Part shown: in pieces, positions 45,446 through 61,326 of the stretch | Position numbering within the stretch: position 1 is the stretch's first letter | Layout: each line of letters begins with the position of its first letter | NCBI GenBank assembly: GCA_000146045.2 | Contig: BK006943.2 | Span: forward strand, 320,001-384,000 | Origin: TPA_inf: Saccharomyces | Taxonomy: Eukaryota | Direction of reading: 5' to 3' | DNA length: 64,000 bases | Translations under genes and position numbers: made by a program | Notes under the pieces: generated by a model | What the model was told of the DNA's origin: nothing | What the model saw: only the letters and a program-made list of their open reading frames with translations | Databases searched by the model: none

Positions 45446-45783
45446 TAAGGGATTTCTCTTAATTTTTTAATCTCTTTTTTGTATTGGGTTTCGAAAATAT
45501 AATAAGGAGCCCTCAGACATTTACGTATCCTTTCATGTATGATTATTTTAAGTATTTTGTATTTTTTATTATTATTAATGTAAGCATAATGCTTTTGTAG
45601 AACTTGAGACAACCCGGACGGGTCCGATGAGTTTTTTTCTTCAAACTTTTATAGAAAATAATAAATGGTGTTAGCACCACTCAGATGTGATATTTGACGT
45701 GTCGATTGTGATACCTGAAGACGCTATTGGAGAGCCATTGCAACGCACAGTCCAACAGTAATAAGCTCTGATCGTTTTGAAAA

Positions 45784-48373
<2,590 letters not shown>

Positions 48374-48747
48374 TCTAAAAGAAAAAATTCCCTCTATTCT
48401 ACACTTATTTGACATAGGATGTGCTATATTAAATAATTATATATAGGTATCAAAATGTACGCGATGGTTCAGAACCTGCAATTAATTTAACACCTCAATC
48501 ATACTTGTTTTTTTCCTTTTTCAAGAAGTTTTTGTAATGTGTCGTGCCGATCTGTAAACGACCTGGATTTTTATTTCATTAGACAGTAAATACGCACCAA
48601 ATCAGAACCAAAGAAAGGCTTCTGTAGTGTATGAAACTAAAAGCCACTTTTTGTGATAGTTTCTTCTTAGTACTTAGTACACAACCAAATATTTTGCAAA
48701 ATGAAATCGATTCCTAAAAGTAATTCTTAAAAGTGATAATGAATGAC

Positions 48748-51700
48748 TTAATCGTTATTTTGATATCCTGTTAATGTGCATAACATCACAATTAGCTTCA
48801 CCATTTCGTTTAAACTTTGGTTATTAGGATCCGACGAATTTTTCTTATCTTCTTTTTCCCTCAAAAGATCTCTTTTGAATATTCCGATCACTAGCCTCTT
48901 ATACGTATTCAGTAAACCCTTTACCGTTTGAACAACAGCTTTGTTTGAGCTCCCCATGCTCACTAAAACAGCTGATATCAATTGGAATATAGGAACGATT
49001 AACTCAAACAAGGAAACACCATTAGCATCTTTGTCAACTAGTAGCGGATTATCCAAGGTGACGTTAACCTTTAAGAATTTGGAATTCTGAACGTAGACTT
49101 CGTCAAACATAAGGTCTAGACCCAAATCAGGATCAACTTTTAAAAATGACAATTCCGCGATTATTCGGAATAGATTATTTTCAATTAAAGCGCTAGCTCC
49201 ACCTCTAGTTTCGGCAACACGTATTAAAAAGAATACAGTGGCTTTAAAAGCTGTCAATTCATATAACAAATCATCAATGTTTATGTGCTCTGTAGTAGAA
49301 TTTAACAAAGCATCTGTATTTTTCAGCGAACGTATTATTAAGAGCAGTCTTGTAGTTTTCATCAGTGAATCCAATATAAAATTCTCTTTACTTCTATTAG
49401 CCAGTTGAATAAGTGAATCCAATAGTAATATACCTGTAACCCTACTAGTTCCCTCGCCATAAACAACATCGTTCCATATGATCTCTACCAATTTTTTACT
49501 TCCTAGTCTCAAATCCTGCAGAACCTTTTCGGACCCTACTTGGTCGCTTAGAACTCTACTCAAATAATGGTTTGCTAATATATAGAAATCGGACCTTAAT
49601 GCCACAGAGGAGAGTGGGGAGTTTATACCCTGAATACATGTCTTGAACAACTGATATAGCCTGCCGTCTACCGTGCCTTTGTCGGTAATCAACTTACGAT
49701 CGCGGTTATATATATCAAATAGGAAAACGGCGAGAGAAACCAATTCTTCTGAAAAAGTTATATTAAACTCAATATAATCACTAATCTTCGGAATAATTGT
49801 ACCAAAAACCTCCAGAATAAAGTTTGATCTTGTTGATGGTTCCAATTTTCCATCAGTAACAATGATTTGCACCAACTGTACCCAAGAGTGCAGCACAGAT
49901 AGGTTCAACTCCAATGCTTTGTTTCTTGATATAATATTCGTGAAATGGCTTTTTGCTTTTATACACTCGACATCTGCATCCTTCAAAAATTGTTCTTTTG
50001 ACACAGTGAGACTGAAGGAATTAGAATGTAAGCTTTCAGCACGGACTCTTTTAATCAGGCGCATAAGGTTTTCCATTTTGTGAAAGTCATAGATATTGCC
50101 GGAGCAATACTTGTTAAGAGTGACTTGTTCCAAATTTAAAGGAACATTGGTGAAAATTGATAACGTCTCTTTTGGTTCGCAGATATTGCCATAGTTTAAT
50201 GGATCCAAGAAAGAAAACAACCTTACCGAATACATTGTATTTGATATCAAGTAATTCACATATGTTAAAACCTCTGATTTCGTGCCCGAAAATGAAATTT
50301 TATGAATGAACAGACCCAAATATTGTGTCCAATAATTCCTGTAGGCTAAGAATGACAGAAATGCACCAACGGATTCGCTCTCGATGAAGTTCTTACATTT
50401 TTCCTCTGTAGAATTGTCAAAAGGAGAGCCGTTCCATGTCGTGAACCTTGTCACTTGTGGATCGAGGATCATTATTCTCTCAAAAAAGTTTTCTTTGATT
50501 AGGTATGAATATAGTAGACCAGATGTTAACGGATTACGACATAGTTTGAGAATAATTTCCAGTGCTGCTGTAGCCAATCTCATAGGTGCATAATCGATAT
50601 TGTCCTTAGTAATGCTGTTCAATGAAGCTTCCAACACGCTTATGAGGGAATCAAGTAATGAGGTTCCGGAAGATATAAATGTTGCTAGGTTAGGTCCCAG
50701 GGATATAACGTTTGAGACCTGGAAACCTAATAACAGATGAGAAATAGTCATCGTTCGACTATAATTAGAAAGATTTGATGTTAAGAAATCTAATAGTTCT
50801 AACTTCAAAGCAAGGACACCAGCGTCGGTTATTGAGCTTTCCAATTGTGTAATAAATGCATCCTTTATTCTGGCTGATTCATCTACGGAATCGAATATTG
50901 TTAACAACTTATTTCTCTTAGACAAAGACGCAACGGAGCCATTAGAGCGTTCTGAAAGTTTCGCCAAAATACGCAGTGAATTTGTGGCTAAAATTTGATC
51001 ATCGACCCCGACGTATAAACCCAAGTGTGCAACAAGTGGAATATTGAAAAAAATTGCATCGTAAAATGAACGTAATCCGTGAAGAGAATAATTCTTTGGC
51101 AAGAAATAATCCGTCTTGCCATGCTTCTTAACAATTGGAAATAATTCTTCCACGTATGTCTCCTGATAATCCAATACTTTATTGATAATTTTCACAGCTA
51201 ACTGCAACAATTCAGCCTGATTTTTGCCACCTTCTAACTCTATGGACAATTGATCAACACCAACATCAACTACATTAAATATACTTTTGTAAATCTTTTC
51301 CGTGAAAATATAGTTGAATATGGGGATAGCTGGGCATTCTTGAACGTAATTGAAGAAATTTTCGCAATCCACCAAAGCATCCAAATTCGCAGCTGCAGGA
51401 ATAGAATTTAAAATTACACTGTAATCAAAAGAGCATAAGCCCGTATAGATAATTTTCAAAATAGGAAGCTGGACGGCTCTTTTATTTCTGATATCAACAA
51501 TTTGATCCACGTGCGCTAAAATGTCGTTGAAAATGTAGTCAAAATATGGCCATATACCTACCTTCCTATATCCCTGACCTAATCTTGTTGGAAATGCCAA
51601 TTTGCCAAAAACCATGTATTCACTATTATTTTCACGAGAATGAATAGAAATCAGATTATGGAAGAGTTGTAAAAACCCCAAAACGTCAGAGTATTTTGTT

Positions 51701-53799
51701 AACACGTTTGTAAAAGCATTTCTATAAGATTCGGATGAATAATTCAGCGATGAATCCTTGAAAATTAGAGAGTCTAGAAAAGACCAAAATTTTGTTCTAG
51801 AAGATTCAAGTTTTGGAACCAAGTTACTTATAACCTTGAAAGCAGCGCCTACGAGAGGTGTATTTATCTTGGTGAATTCGAATAGGACATCTGAGAAAAC
51901 TTTCGATAGCGAGCTTTTTACATCCTCGTCAACCTGGTATGTAACTGATCCAACTAAAGTTAATAAAGAAGACAGAAATATTACAGCTTCTTCATTTAAG
52001 CCTTCTTCTAAGGCTACCGCAGTCGAATCGATATCGTTATGAGTTGACTCACTAAACTGCTGCCTCTTATGGAGGCTCGAGTTAAAATTGCTTATTTTCT
52101 TAGTGTAGTCACTGAGACACTGTGCAATGTTTTTCCATGAAATCGAGCTGTTTTCGCCAAAATAGTGATAGACATTCAGGGCATTTTCAGGACCAAAGGA
52201 CAAGCTAGAAACCATCAAATAGAAACAAGACCTCATCAAGTTGTCGTTGCATCTCGAACACCACTCAATAAAACCATAAGCGTTTGATTCCTTATCAGAC
52301 CAGAAAGTACATGAATATTCGGGCCTTGATGCATAGAAAAAATATATTGACAGAAAAAATCTTTCTAAGTCAGCCTTTAGTGAGATGTCATCCAAAGTTA
52401 AGTCTTCACCGGACAACAAAGAGTCTTCCTCAGCATCCTTAATCTTTGTAAGCAAAAAGGCACAATCTGTAATAATAGTTTGAAGCACATCATCAAAGGA
52501 TGAGAGGAAAAATTCTTGGGTCTGATCGGATAAAACTATAGTAGTGTAAGAATATTCGTTGACGTTATTGGGCATACTATTTAGTCGAGCGGTACCCGTG
52601 GTTGACATCATCCCAGGATAAGACGGATTCCATAAGCCGCGTCCGCTCATATTATCAGTTGCGGATGCTGGGTTGTAGGTAGAATTCGTCGTTTGACTGA
52701 AAATTTTTTCATCATCAAGTAACTGTTTAGGAATTAGCCTTGGAATATGCCTTTCTAACAGGGACCTTATATCGTAGAAAAGTTCCATACTCTTGTCTTG
52801 TTCCACGATAGATGTATCTGCGGCAAATATTAAAATTTGTTCAATAGCGCCTAGTTCGACGGCAGAAGTCATTGGCTCATCAACATCAGTTTTGAAATCC
52901 ATCGTGTCAGCCCTTCTTTTAGGGTCTTCTTTACACCACCCAATGAAGTAAGCAAAAAAAATGAAAATAAGAGCTACTTTGACCGGTTTGGTATATATGG
53001 AGTCGTCCTTTAAGTCTTTCATAAACTGAGAATGTAATAATTTGACATCTGCATCGGGCAAAACTCTTAAAGATGCGAAAAGGTGGAAAAATGCAGGAGT
53101 ATAATATATTATAAAAAAATCATTGGAATCCAATTCTGACACATGATGAAGTAAGGACAGTATAAAATCCTTATTTTTCATGATGGCTCCTTTATCCACT
53201 AAACCATATAAAATTTGACTCAGAATATCATATTCTCTCAGTAAGAAGTCTCTCCTAAACTTGATATTTTGTTGGAATAAAGCATTATAGTTTTCTAGTA
53301 TCTGAGCCTTATTGATTTGTTGTTTAATCTCAGATAATTGAGTATGAATGAACTTAAAGGCTGAGAGGATATTAGAAACTAAAGCTCCATTCTTTATAAG
53401 CTCTTGGTATAACTCAGTATCTTCGTGGAAACAGTTGACTATAAAAGAAACAATTTGCAGGATATATTGCCTTCTCAAAAAGTATTGTACTTTGCCATTA
53501 TTAGCGGTGGTATCACCAGAAAGTATAAGTTCACATGCAACAATTTCATCCAAGTTTAATTCATCGGACAAAGAAATAGCTTCGAAAATAAACTCCTGAT
53601 TGACCTTAAAAGTAGAGCCATCGGATAGTTCAATTTCACCTTTTTCTAATTGTGATCGGCTAGCATTGTTTTTTAGTTTGTCTGTGTTTAAGTTCAAATT
53701 TTGTAAGTCAGGAAGTACCTCTTTGAACAGATCAAAATCGAACTCACCACTCTCAATAGAGCGATACAATGTTTGGAAAGGAATTGCAGACCATTTCAT
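48748..53799 (-). CDS. NUP192: Nuclear pore inner-ring scaffold nucleoporin Nup192 (1683 aa)
   Basis: Start codon at 53797-53799 (minus strand). Uninterrupted 1683-aa alpha-solenoid-like ORF. Synteny places it as YJL039C. Confidence 0.85.
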
Positions 53800-54422
53800 T
53801 TTTTCTTATCTGCGGAACAAATCTTTTCAACTAGGTTAGATGCCAAGTGATATAAGTTATATATATTTCGTGCTTAGGAGGCGTGTTGTTAATTGGCGTA
53901 CCCTGAGGAAATAATTTATTAAGTATAGTGTAAACTAAGTGGCTAAGAAAGGTATTGGTAAACTAGTTGAAAGGCAATGGGCGCATTTACTAAATACTAC
54001 ATCACACTTACAAACTAACCTTGTTATTTTCCAGCAGAAAATTTATTTTCATCAAAAGACGAAAACGGAATCATACTACCCGGCCCGAGAAGGACTTTGA
54101 TGAAGACCGTAGTTAGAATGGGCTCACTAGACTCGTGAGCCGTTTCAGTTTAATTATTATTATATATGTATACCAGTGCTTTACCCAAAAGAGAATATTT
54201 ACGTGAAATACTACGCTCTTGCTGGGACCTTAACGTGTATATACTATCATAAACTGAGACTCTTCGTAAATTGCCCCTTAACAACACGGTGCTGTGAATG
54301 CTATCACTTGATTATACGCCAATAAACTTCATATTCTTTGAAGAGCCGCTGCTATTGCATTTAATGCTAAGGAAGGTTAACAAAGCATTAATGAAGAATA
54401 ACTACAGGAGTAGCCAAAAAAA

Positions 54423-54494
54423 TCTCCGCGACGGGGAATTGAACCCCGATCTGGCACGCGACAAGCGCCCATTCTGACCATTAAACTATCACGG
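54423..54494 (-). tRNA. tD(GUC): tRNA-Asp(GUC), second copy (minus strand), in a dicistronic unit with tRNA-Arg
   Basis: Reverse complement identical to the Asp gene at 35457-35528. Confidence 0.9.
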
Positions 54495-54504
54495 AAGAAA
54501 CAAA

Positions 54505-54577
54505 GCACTCACGATGGGGGTCGAACCCATAATCTTCTGATTAGAAGTCAGACGCGTTGCCATTACGCCACGCGAGC
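54505..54577 (-). tRNA. tR(UCU): tRNA-Arg(UCU), second copy (minus strand), with the same 10-bp spacer to tRNA-Asp
   Basis: Reverse complement identical to 35374-35446. The spacer AGAAACAAAG is the reverse complement of CTTTGTTTCT. Confidence 0.9.
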
Positions 54578-54849
54578 TACTATTTGTTGAAGGTTTTACT
54601 ACTTTATTATAGTAAAACCTAATTACGCTTTCAATTACTACAATTTTCGGATTTTCACGGCTGGTGAAATAATGCAGCCTGTATTGCATAAAATGGCCGC
54701 ACTTATGAGAACTGATACAAGTTGTTTACCGTTGGGGCACCAAGGTGTTATTAGTCAGAAATAAATGTAAATTTCTTATACTGCAAAGCAGAGGTACATA
54801 TAACACACATCGATTGGTTCATCTTGGCTACGACTAATATTTTTGGGAT

Positions 54850-54918
54850 GCAGGTGAATAATTAGATAATTGTTGTAATTCCATTGTTATTAAAGGCTAT
54901 AATATTAAAGGTTATTTG
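54850..54918 (-). repeat. Degenerate delta (Ty1/2 LTR) fragment about 270 bp upstream of the minus-strand tRNA-Arg
   Basis: GGTGAATAATTAGATAATTGTTGTAATTCCATTGTTATTAAAGGCTATAATATTAAAGGTTAT matches the delta terminus (reverse complement) with mismatches. Confidence 0.5.
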
Positions 54919-55114
54919 GGTCTTTCTCTCTCTCGGCTTTATTTTATTTATAGTTTCTATCTTTCAGCTTTCAAAAAATAATATATATGGCGCTTCATGA
55001 AAAGAGAGCTAGCTACAGAAATATAAACAGTCATGGATGAATAGGCGGCGGCAGCTATGCCGGTGCATGCGCACAGTATAATGGACTTAAACTGCCTTAG
55101 TACAACTGTTCAAG

Positions 55115-55774
55115 TTATTGAATAGCATTATATATTAGTGCCAACCAAAATATGAAACCGATGCTTCCAACTGTCACCCCAAGAAGACACGCAAAAGGTG
55201 CTACTGCACATAAATCGGCCACTCCTTGAGCTAGACCCAATTCTAACAGACTTACAGTTAGGATTCTCTTTATTCTGTCTAGTCGTTTCTTTTTTTCCCT
55301 CGCTTCTTTTTCTTTTTCGTCTTCTCTACCACCATTTATAGTAATTCGATTCTGTTCTCTACTGAGGTTTTCTAAAGCATTAACTACCTTGCCCCTGGAG
55401 ACTTCTTTAAACTTTTTGATATATTCAAATGGTGAAACATTCAAAGCCGCATCTAGTGCCTTTTCCACCTTTTCATATTCTATTTCGAGCGACTCTCTCT
55501 CATTATTATCCAAACTTTTCACTTTATAATTTAGCACCGCTTCTAAGCCCTTCAAAATAAAAGTATGCTGCTCATATTTTGCACTAATGTTTTGAATTTG
55601 TCCCTCGATAATAGGCACCTTCTCTGCTGTCAATGTTTCGTATGTTCCATTGTTGTCCAGATTTCTCAATGATGTGATTAACCTATCGCCCGCATCGCTG
55701 AACTGTTGTATTGTGTTAGTTCCTGCAATCACAACAATGGTGAAATAAAAATATATGAAAAGCTGGAACCTCAT
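55115..55774 (-). CDS. LOH1: Small secretory-pathway or spore-wall-related protein Loh1 (219 aa). Signal peptide and C-terminal TM helix. Paralog of IRC18.
   Basis: Start codon at 55772-55774 (minus strand). Shares the SFILKGL, SPFEYIKKFK, GLAQGVxDLC and WLxxIY blocks with the adjacent IRC18. Confidence 0.75.
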   Translation of the reverse strand: MRFQLFIYFYFTIVVIAGTNTIQQFSDAGDRLITSLRNLDNNGTYETLTAEKVPIIEGQIQNISAKYEQHTFILKGLEAVLNYKVKSLDNNERESLEIEYEKVEKALDAALNVSPFEYIKKFKEVSRGKVVNALENLSREQNRITINGGREDEKEKEAREKKKRLDRIKRILTVSLLELGLAQGVADLCAVAPFACLLGVTVGSIGFIFWLALIYNAIQ

Positions 55775-56661
55775 TTGAATTAGTTTACTTCACTAGGCTC
55801 TTTTATCTTCACTTATTGTTTTGTGGTGTCTATTTTTTTTACTGACAGTTTACACTTTTATAGTCTTTAAAAAAGCAAAAAAAATAATTCTTTTATTTTT
55901 ATCCCAAGATAATAAATATTTATGTATTGGATAGTAGTATAATTGAGTATAAAAATTATTTTTGTAGTACTTTTTCAAACTAATCTCTGCAAGACATATC
56001 TTCCATATTTTCACAATTATTTAAGCCGATTGCAACAACATTCACCATAGGTGCCTTTTCTGCGGCAATGCGTAGCCCTATAATTAGCTGCTTGAATGAG
56101 AAAACCACAAAAAGGGGGATTGAATACATAGCATAGCTTACACTGTATCTTAGTAATTTTTTTCCCTTCTACTTTGTTTTTCGCAGGGCCTTTGCCTTTG
56201 GAAAAGGGTACACGAGTCTTAAGAGAAATGAAAAAAAATGACACTAAATCGGTGATAATAATTTGTCGTTGTGACCACAAAAAAGAATTCATAAAAAAAA
56301 AAACTTGATCATTGGCGCCACAACCTAGTCATATTTGAAATCATTTTTTTCCTTTATTTTTTACCACAGGGTGCGTTTAGAAGAGACACAAAATCACTCT
56401 AGGGTTTTCTATCGAACATAAAGTAAATCATTTTTATATTCCAAAATTGCTCGAAGTAAATCTCTTGTTTTCCTCCCAAATGAAGATCAATATTAAACCT
56501 TTCTGAAAATCTTTTTTAATACAGATTACATTATAGAGTTGTATACTCTTCGATCATTTAACTTCTCTTTTATGGGTCATATATCTCTAATTGTCTCTAC
56601 AGTACTTTTTTTGCTTTTCCAATAAAAATCATAATCACAGCCATAGTCACAAAACTATAAG

Positions 56662-57336
56662 ATGAAAGTACAAATGATAGAAAGGATTTTTCTGATCCAG
56701 TTGTGTTTGCTTACCGTTGTATTAGCAAGTAGTAGAGCAGTGGTTGAATTCGAAAGTACCGGAACCAAACTGGTCAACTCATTAAGGGTCTTGGCTGCTT
56801 ACTCGCAGAGTTCTGTCTGTGTTGATGAAAAAATATCTGGAATCGAGAGACAAATAGAGGAAGTTAAAGATATGTATGGTAACCACTCTTTTATTCTAAA
56901 GGGTTTAAATGGTATATTGAATAACAAGGTGAATATGCTAACAAGGGAAATCCAAATGGAAACTGTTGGCAATAACACATTTGAAACAGAAACAGGGAAG
57001 CTAACTAAGGGCCTAAACCGAGCAGTAAATATATCTCCGTTCAAGTACATAAAAAAATTCAAGACCGTTTCAACAAAGAAATTTGAAAGCCTCTTGAATA
57101 AGTATGATCTGGTTGCCAAGAAGGGCGGGGAATTGACAGAGGAACAAAAGAAAAAGAAGGAGGTGCTCTCACGGATCAGTAGAGTAGTCGCTGCAACAAC
57201 GATAGAGGCTGGTCTGGCACAAGGTGTGGTTGATTTATGTATAACAGTGACAACTAGTCTATGCTTAGTCTCGGCCAGCATTGGAGGCGTCGGATTTCTT
57301 ATTTGGCTCACCATTATATACCAAGCTCTGACTTAG
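56662..57336 (+). CDS. IRC18: Irc18 (224 aa), paralog of LOH1. Signal peptide and C-terminal TM helix.
   Basis: ATG at 56662. Homology blocks shared with LOH1. Divergent orientation about 890 bp away. Confidence 0.75.
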
Positions 57337-57611
57337 GAAAATGTTGCCGATTTTGTTTTTGCCACTCCTGTACATTGTTTAATCTCAGATCGTTGTATAT
57401 ATATACATATATATAGTGTTTTAACGACATTCTTATATTTGCATTTCTGCTTCTTATTACACCTAACTATTCTGTAACTGCCATGGGTAAGCATTTTTGA
57501 AGTATTAATTAACAATTAAACTTTCAAACATACCCACCCTTTCGTTGGAATAAAAATCAATTAACACCCACTGACTAGTAAATATTACTAGAATAACTGA
57601 TGATTATGCCA

Positions 57612-57745
57612 ATTTTCTGACAGTTGTTGGGTTTCCATTGTTGACGAAGGTCCTATTATTAGATATACGGAACATACTAGATCTCTCGAGCCTATCGGAA
57701 CCTACTAAGCGGAATCGGCAATATACATGTTATTCATTTTTTTCG
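57612..57745 (-). repeat. Diverged delta-like LTR remnant about 620 bp upstream of tRNA-Val
   Basis: GTTGTTGGGTTTCCATTGTTGACGAAGGTCCTATTATTAGATATACGGAACATACTAGATCTCTCGAGCCTATCGGAACC aligns to the delta reverse complement (GTTGGGATTCCATTGTTGATAAAGGCTATAATATTAGGTATACAGAATATACTAGAAGTTCTCCTCGAGGATATAGGAATCC). Confidence 0.45.
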
Positions 57746-58359
57746 TTTTTCGTTTTACATTATTAATTTTACGTCTCAACTTGGTTCAATTTCAGAGACA
57801 GCATCTCATCACATCTATCATCTTTTTGTACCACATAAGGTAATATACACGTAATAATAGGCAATAGATGTGTGCGAATGAACTTCCAATATAATCCATT
57901 TAGTAGTGCCTTTTGTTACTAATATTCGTCAGTTTCTCAAGCTGACACTTGATTTATTCTAAACAAATTTCAATCTTGGACAATTAGTTGACATAAACTA
58001 CGTTACTAATTTTTGTTGTATTAAGGGCTTAAATAATACCGGATGTCTTGGCAATTCTATCGTTAGGAGAGTAATAGTTGTCAGACTTATTGTCGGCTTG
58101 TTCGCACATCGTTACTTATCCTATATTATACATAAGATCTGGTGAAGCGAGGAGTCCCATGTCTAAACCGATTGCTCAGGTATTTACAGGTTTAACTGCT
58201 TCATTTAAGCAAGCAATTATTGAATTATATACTCAATCTTGTCTCTCCCGTTACTATTATTTCATTCGCGTTTTATACATCTTTATTATTATAAGTTTGA
58301 TACGGTAACTTTACAATCGATTAATTTCTGCTGAAAGCCCAAGCTTTCATAAATTAATA

Positions 58360-58433
58360 GGTTTCGTGGTCTAGTCGGTTATGGCATCTGCTTAACACGC
58401 AGAACGTCCCCAGTTCGATCCTGGGCGAAATCA
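58360..58433 (+). tRNA. tV(AAC): tRNA-Val(AAC)
   Basis: GGTTTCGTGGTCTAGTCGGTTATGGCATCTGCTTAACACGCAGAACGTCCCCAGTTCGATCCTGGGCGAAATCA followed by a T-run. Confidence 0.9.
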
Positions 58434-58824
58434 ATTTTTTGTTTTTTTAATTCACAAGAATAACCTGGTATTGTTATAAGCAAGCCACCCTTTGCGTACG
58501 ATCAAACACCCTATAAAATCTATATGCAATACTGAGATATTGTATTTTTTCTCCTTTAATTGTTTATAGTTCAGAATAACAGTTCAAAAATCTATGCCGC
58601 GCTCACAGGGTCCTGCCGGGTATTCGCCCTCCAGCTTGAAAGGGGTGGCAATGCCCAAGAGCGATGTATAGTTTAGTATCAAGGAATTGAGAGAGGTATT
58701 ACACCAAGGATTTCCGTGAACGAAGTGACGACGCAAGATTAACAGATTAAATTCTGGTAGTAGGCTAAGCCGTTATTAAACTTTATTTACGGTATACCAC
58801 AATACTGCTCTTTTTGTTGAGGAT

Positions 58825-60096
58825 ATGACAGACAAAGGCAAGAACGATTTAACAAGCAAAGCTAAGGACAAAGCCAGAGGCAACCCCGAGAAGCCACCAT
58901 ATTGGTTTGAAATCATTGTTTCTGATCCACAAAAAAGAACTGGTGACCCAGGCTCTTCATCTGGCTACGTGAGTTATCAGATATCAACAAAGACTAACAA
59001 CACGTCATTTTATGATAATCGTGGCGATCCAGAATCTATTATAGTTGTACATAGAAGATACAGTGACCTATTGCTCCTGCATGATATTTTACTCAACAGG
59101 TTCCCCACCTGCATCATCCCGCCATTACCTGATAAGAAAGTTTTTCAATACATAGCAGGCGATAGGTTTAGCCAAAGATTTACACAAAAGAGATGTCATA
59201 GTTTGCAAAATTTCCTAAGAAGGGTCTCTTTGCATCCCGATCTTTCTCAATCAAAAGTCTTCAAAACTTTTTTGGTGAGTAAAGATTGGGAATCTCACCG
59301 CAAAGTCCTCCAGGATAGCTTGCAACCAAATAAAGATGAAGTTACTGATGCTTTTATGAATGCCTTCAAAACAGTTCACAAGCAAAACGAAGAATTCACT
59401 GAGATAAGGGAGAAAAGTGATAAACTAGATCGGACTGTGACAAAGATAGATAAACTTTTTCATAAGGTTGTGAAAAAAAATGATTCGATGTCTGAAGACT
59501 ATACAAAGTTGGGCAGTAATTTACAGGAATTACAAGAATTGGTCACAGGCGAAAACGAGGAACTTGCTGCGAAGTTGAAGATTTTTAATGAAGGTGTAAC
59601 ACAGCTGTCATATGGCTTGCAAGATCTTACAAAGTATCTGGATTACGAATATATTGTTGATTTGAAGGATCTTGAACACTACATTGATAGTATGCGACAG
59701 CTGATCAAATTGAAAGACCAGAAACAGATAGACTACGAAGAACTAAGTGATTATTTAACCAGGTCAATCAAAGAAAAAAATAACTTGATTTCTGGATACG
59801 GAGGTAGTAATTTCTTTGCCAATAAATTGGAAGAACTAGCGGGAATAAATCAGGAGGCTTCACGTAGAGAAAAAATCAATAAACTAGAAGGCAAAATAAC
59901 GTCATTAACAGGTGAATTAGAAAACGCTAAAAAGGTGGCGGATGGATTCGAACAGGAATGCTTGAAGGAAATAGACCATTTCGAAAGTGTAAAAACGGCT
60001 GAAATCAAGAAATCTCTGGGCTCACTAGCGGACCATCATATCGAATTCTACGAAAGGATACTTGAAGCATGGGAAAAAGTAGACGATAGTCTATAG
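58825..60096 (+). CDS. SNX4: Sorting nexin Snx4 (423 aa), PX domain plus a C-terminal BAR-like coiled coil
   Basis: ATG at 58825. PX-domain phosphoinositide-binding core (RRYSDLLLLHDIL...PPLP). 423 aa. Confidence 0.75.
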   Translation: MTDKGKNDLTSKAKDKARGNPEKPPYWFEIIVSDPQKRTGDPGSSSGYVSYQISTKTNNTSFYDNRGDPESIIVVHRRYSDLLLLHDILLNRFPTCIIPPLPDKKVFQYIAGDRFSQRFTQKRCHSLQNFLRRVSLHPDLSQSKVFKTFLVSKDWESHRKVLQDSLQPNKDEVTDAFMNAFKTVHKQNEEFTEIREKSDKLDRTVTKIDKLFHKVVKKNDSMSEDYTKLGSNLQELQELVTGENEELAAKLKIFNEGVTQLSYGLQDLTKYLDYEYIVDLKDLEHYIDSMRQLIKLKDQKQIDYEELSDYLTRSIKEKNNLISGYGGSNFFANKLEELAGINQEASRREKINKLEGKITSLTGELENAKKVADGFEQECLKEIDHFESVKTAEIKKSLGSLADHHIEFYERILEAWEKVDDSL

Positions 60097-60248
60097 TGGT
60101 GCTCTTAATGTTTTCCCATTACTACTGATAATACCTTGGGCACTACGATTATCTGATCACATTTAACAGAGAAATTTAAAAAAAGAAAAATATCTATATA
60201 AAAATATGTAAATGTTGCTATTATTTTATGATGTTCTGATTTTTTTCG

Positions 60249-61013
<765 letters not shown>

Positions 61014-61121
61014 CTAGTTTTTACCGCAGCCACCAGCCGCTTCTCGAGCAAAGTGTAGATCCCATTAGGACTCATCATTCATCTAATTTTGCTATGTTAG
61101 CTGCAACTTTCTATTTTAATA

Positions 61122-61139
61122 GAACCTTCTGGAAATTTC
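61122..61139. promoter_or_regulatory. KAR2: Heat shock element (four alternating nGAAn units) in the KAR2 promoter
   Basis: GAAccTTCtgGAAatTTC. Confidence 0.8.
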
Positions 61140-61157
61140 ACCCGGCGCGGCACCCGA

Positions 61158-61179
61158 GGAACTGGACAGCGTGTCGAAA
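61158..61179 (+). promoter_or_regulatory. KAR2: Unfolded protein response element (UPRE-1, Hac1 binding site; core CAGCGTG 61167-61173) of KAR2, preceded by a GC-rich box 61141-61157
   Basis: GGAACTGGACAGCGTGTCGAAA is an exact match to the classic 22-bp KAR2 UPRE. Confidence 0.9.
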
Positions 61180-61191
61180 AAGTTGCTTTTT

Positions 61192-61199
61192 TATATAAA
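61192..61199 (+). promoter_or_regulatory. KAR2: TATA box of KAR2 (TATATAAA)
   Basis: About 130 bp upstream of the ATG at 61327. Confidence 0.7.
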
Positions 61200-61326
61200 G
61201 GACACGAAAAGGGTTCTCTGGAAGATATAAATATGGCTATGTAATTCTAAAGATTAACGTGTTACTGTTTTACTTTTTTAAAGTCCCCAAGAGTAGTCTC
61301 AAGGGAAAAAGCGTATCAAACATACC

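Noticed and set aside
57900-58330. Possible sigma (Ty3) LTR immediately upstream of tRNA-Val (starts TGTTGTATTAAGG at about 58015)
   Set aside because: Only the first 8-9 nt resemble the sigma terminus. The remainder does not match my recollection of sigma and there is no clear 3' terminus or target-site duplication, so this was not called.
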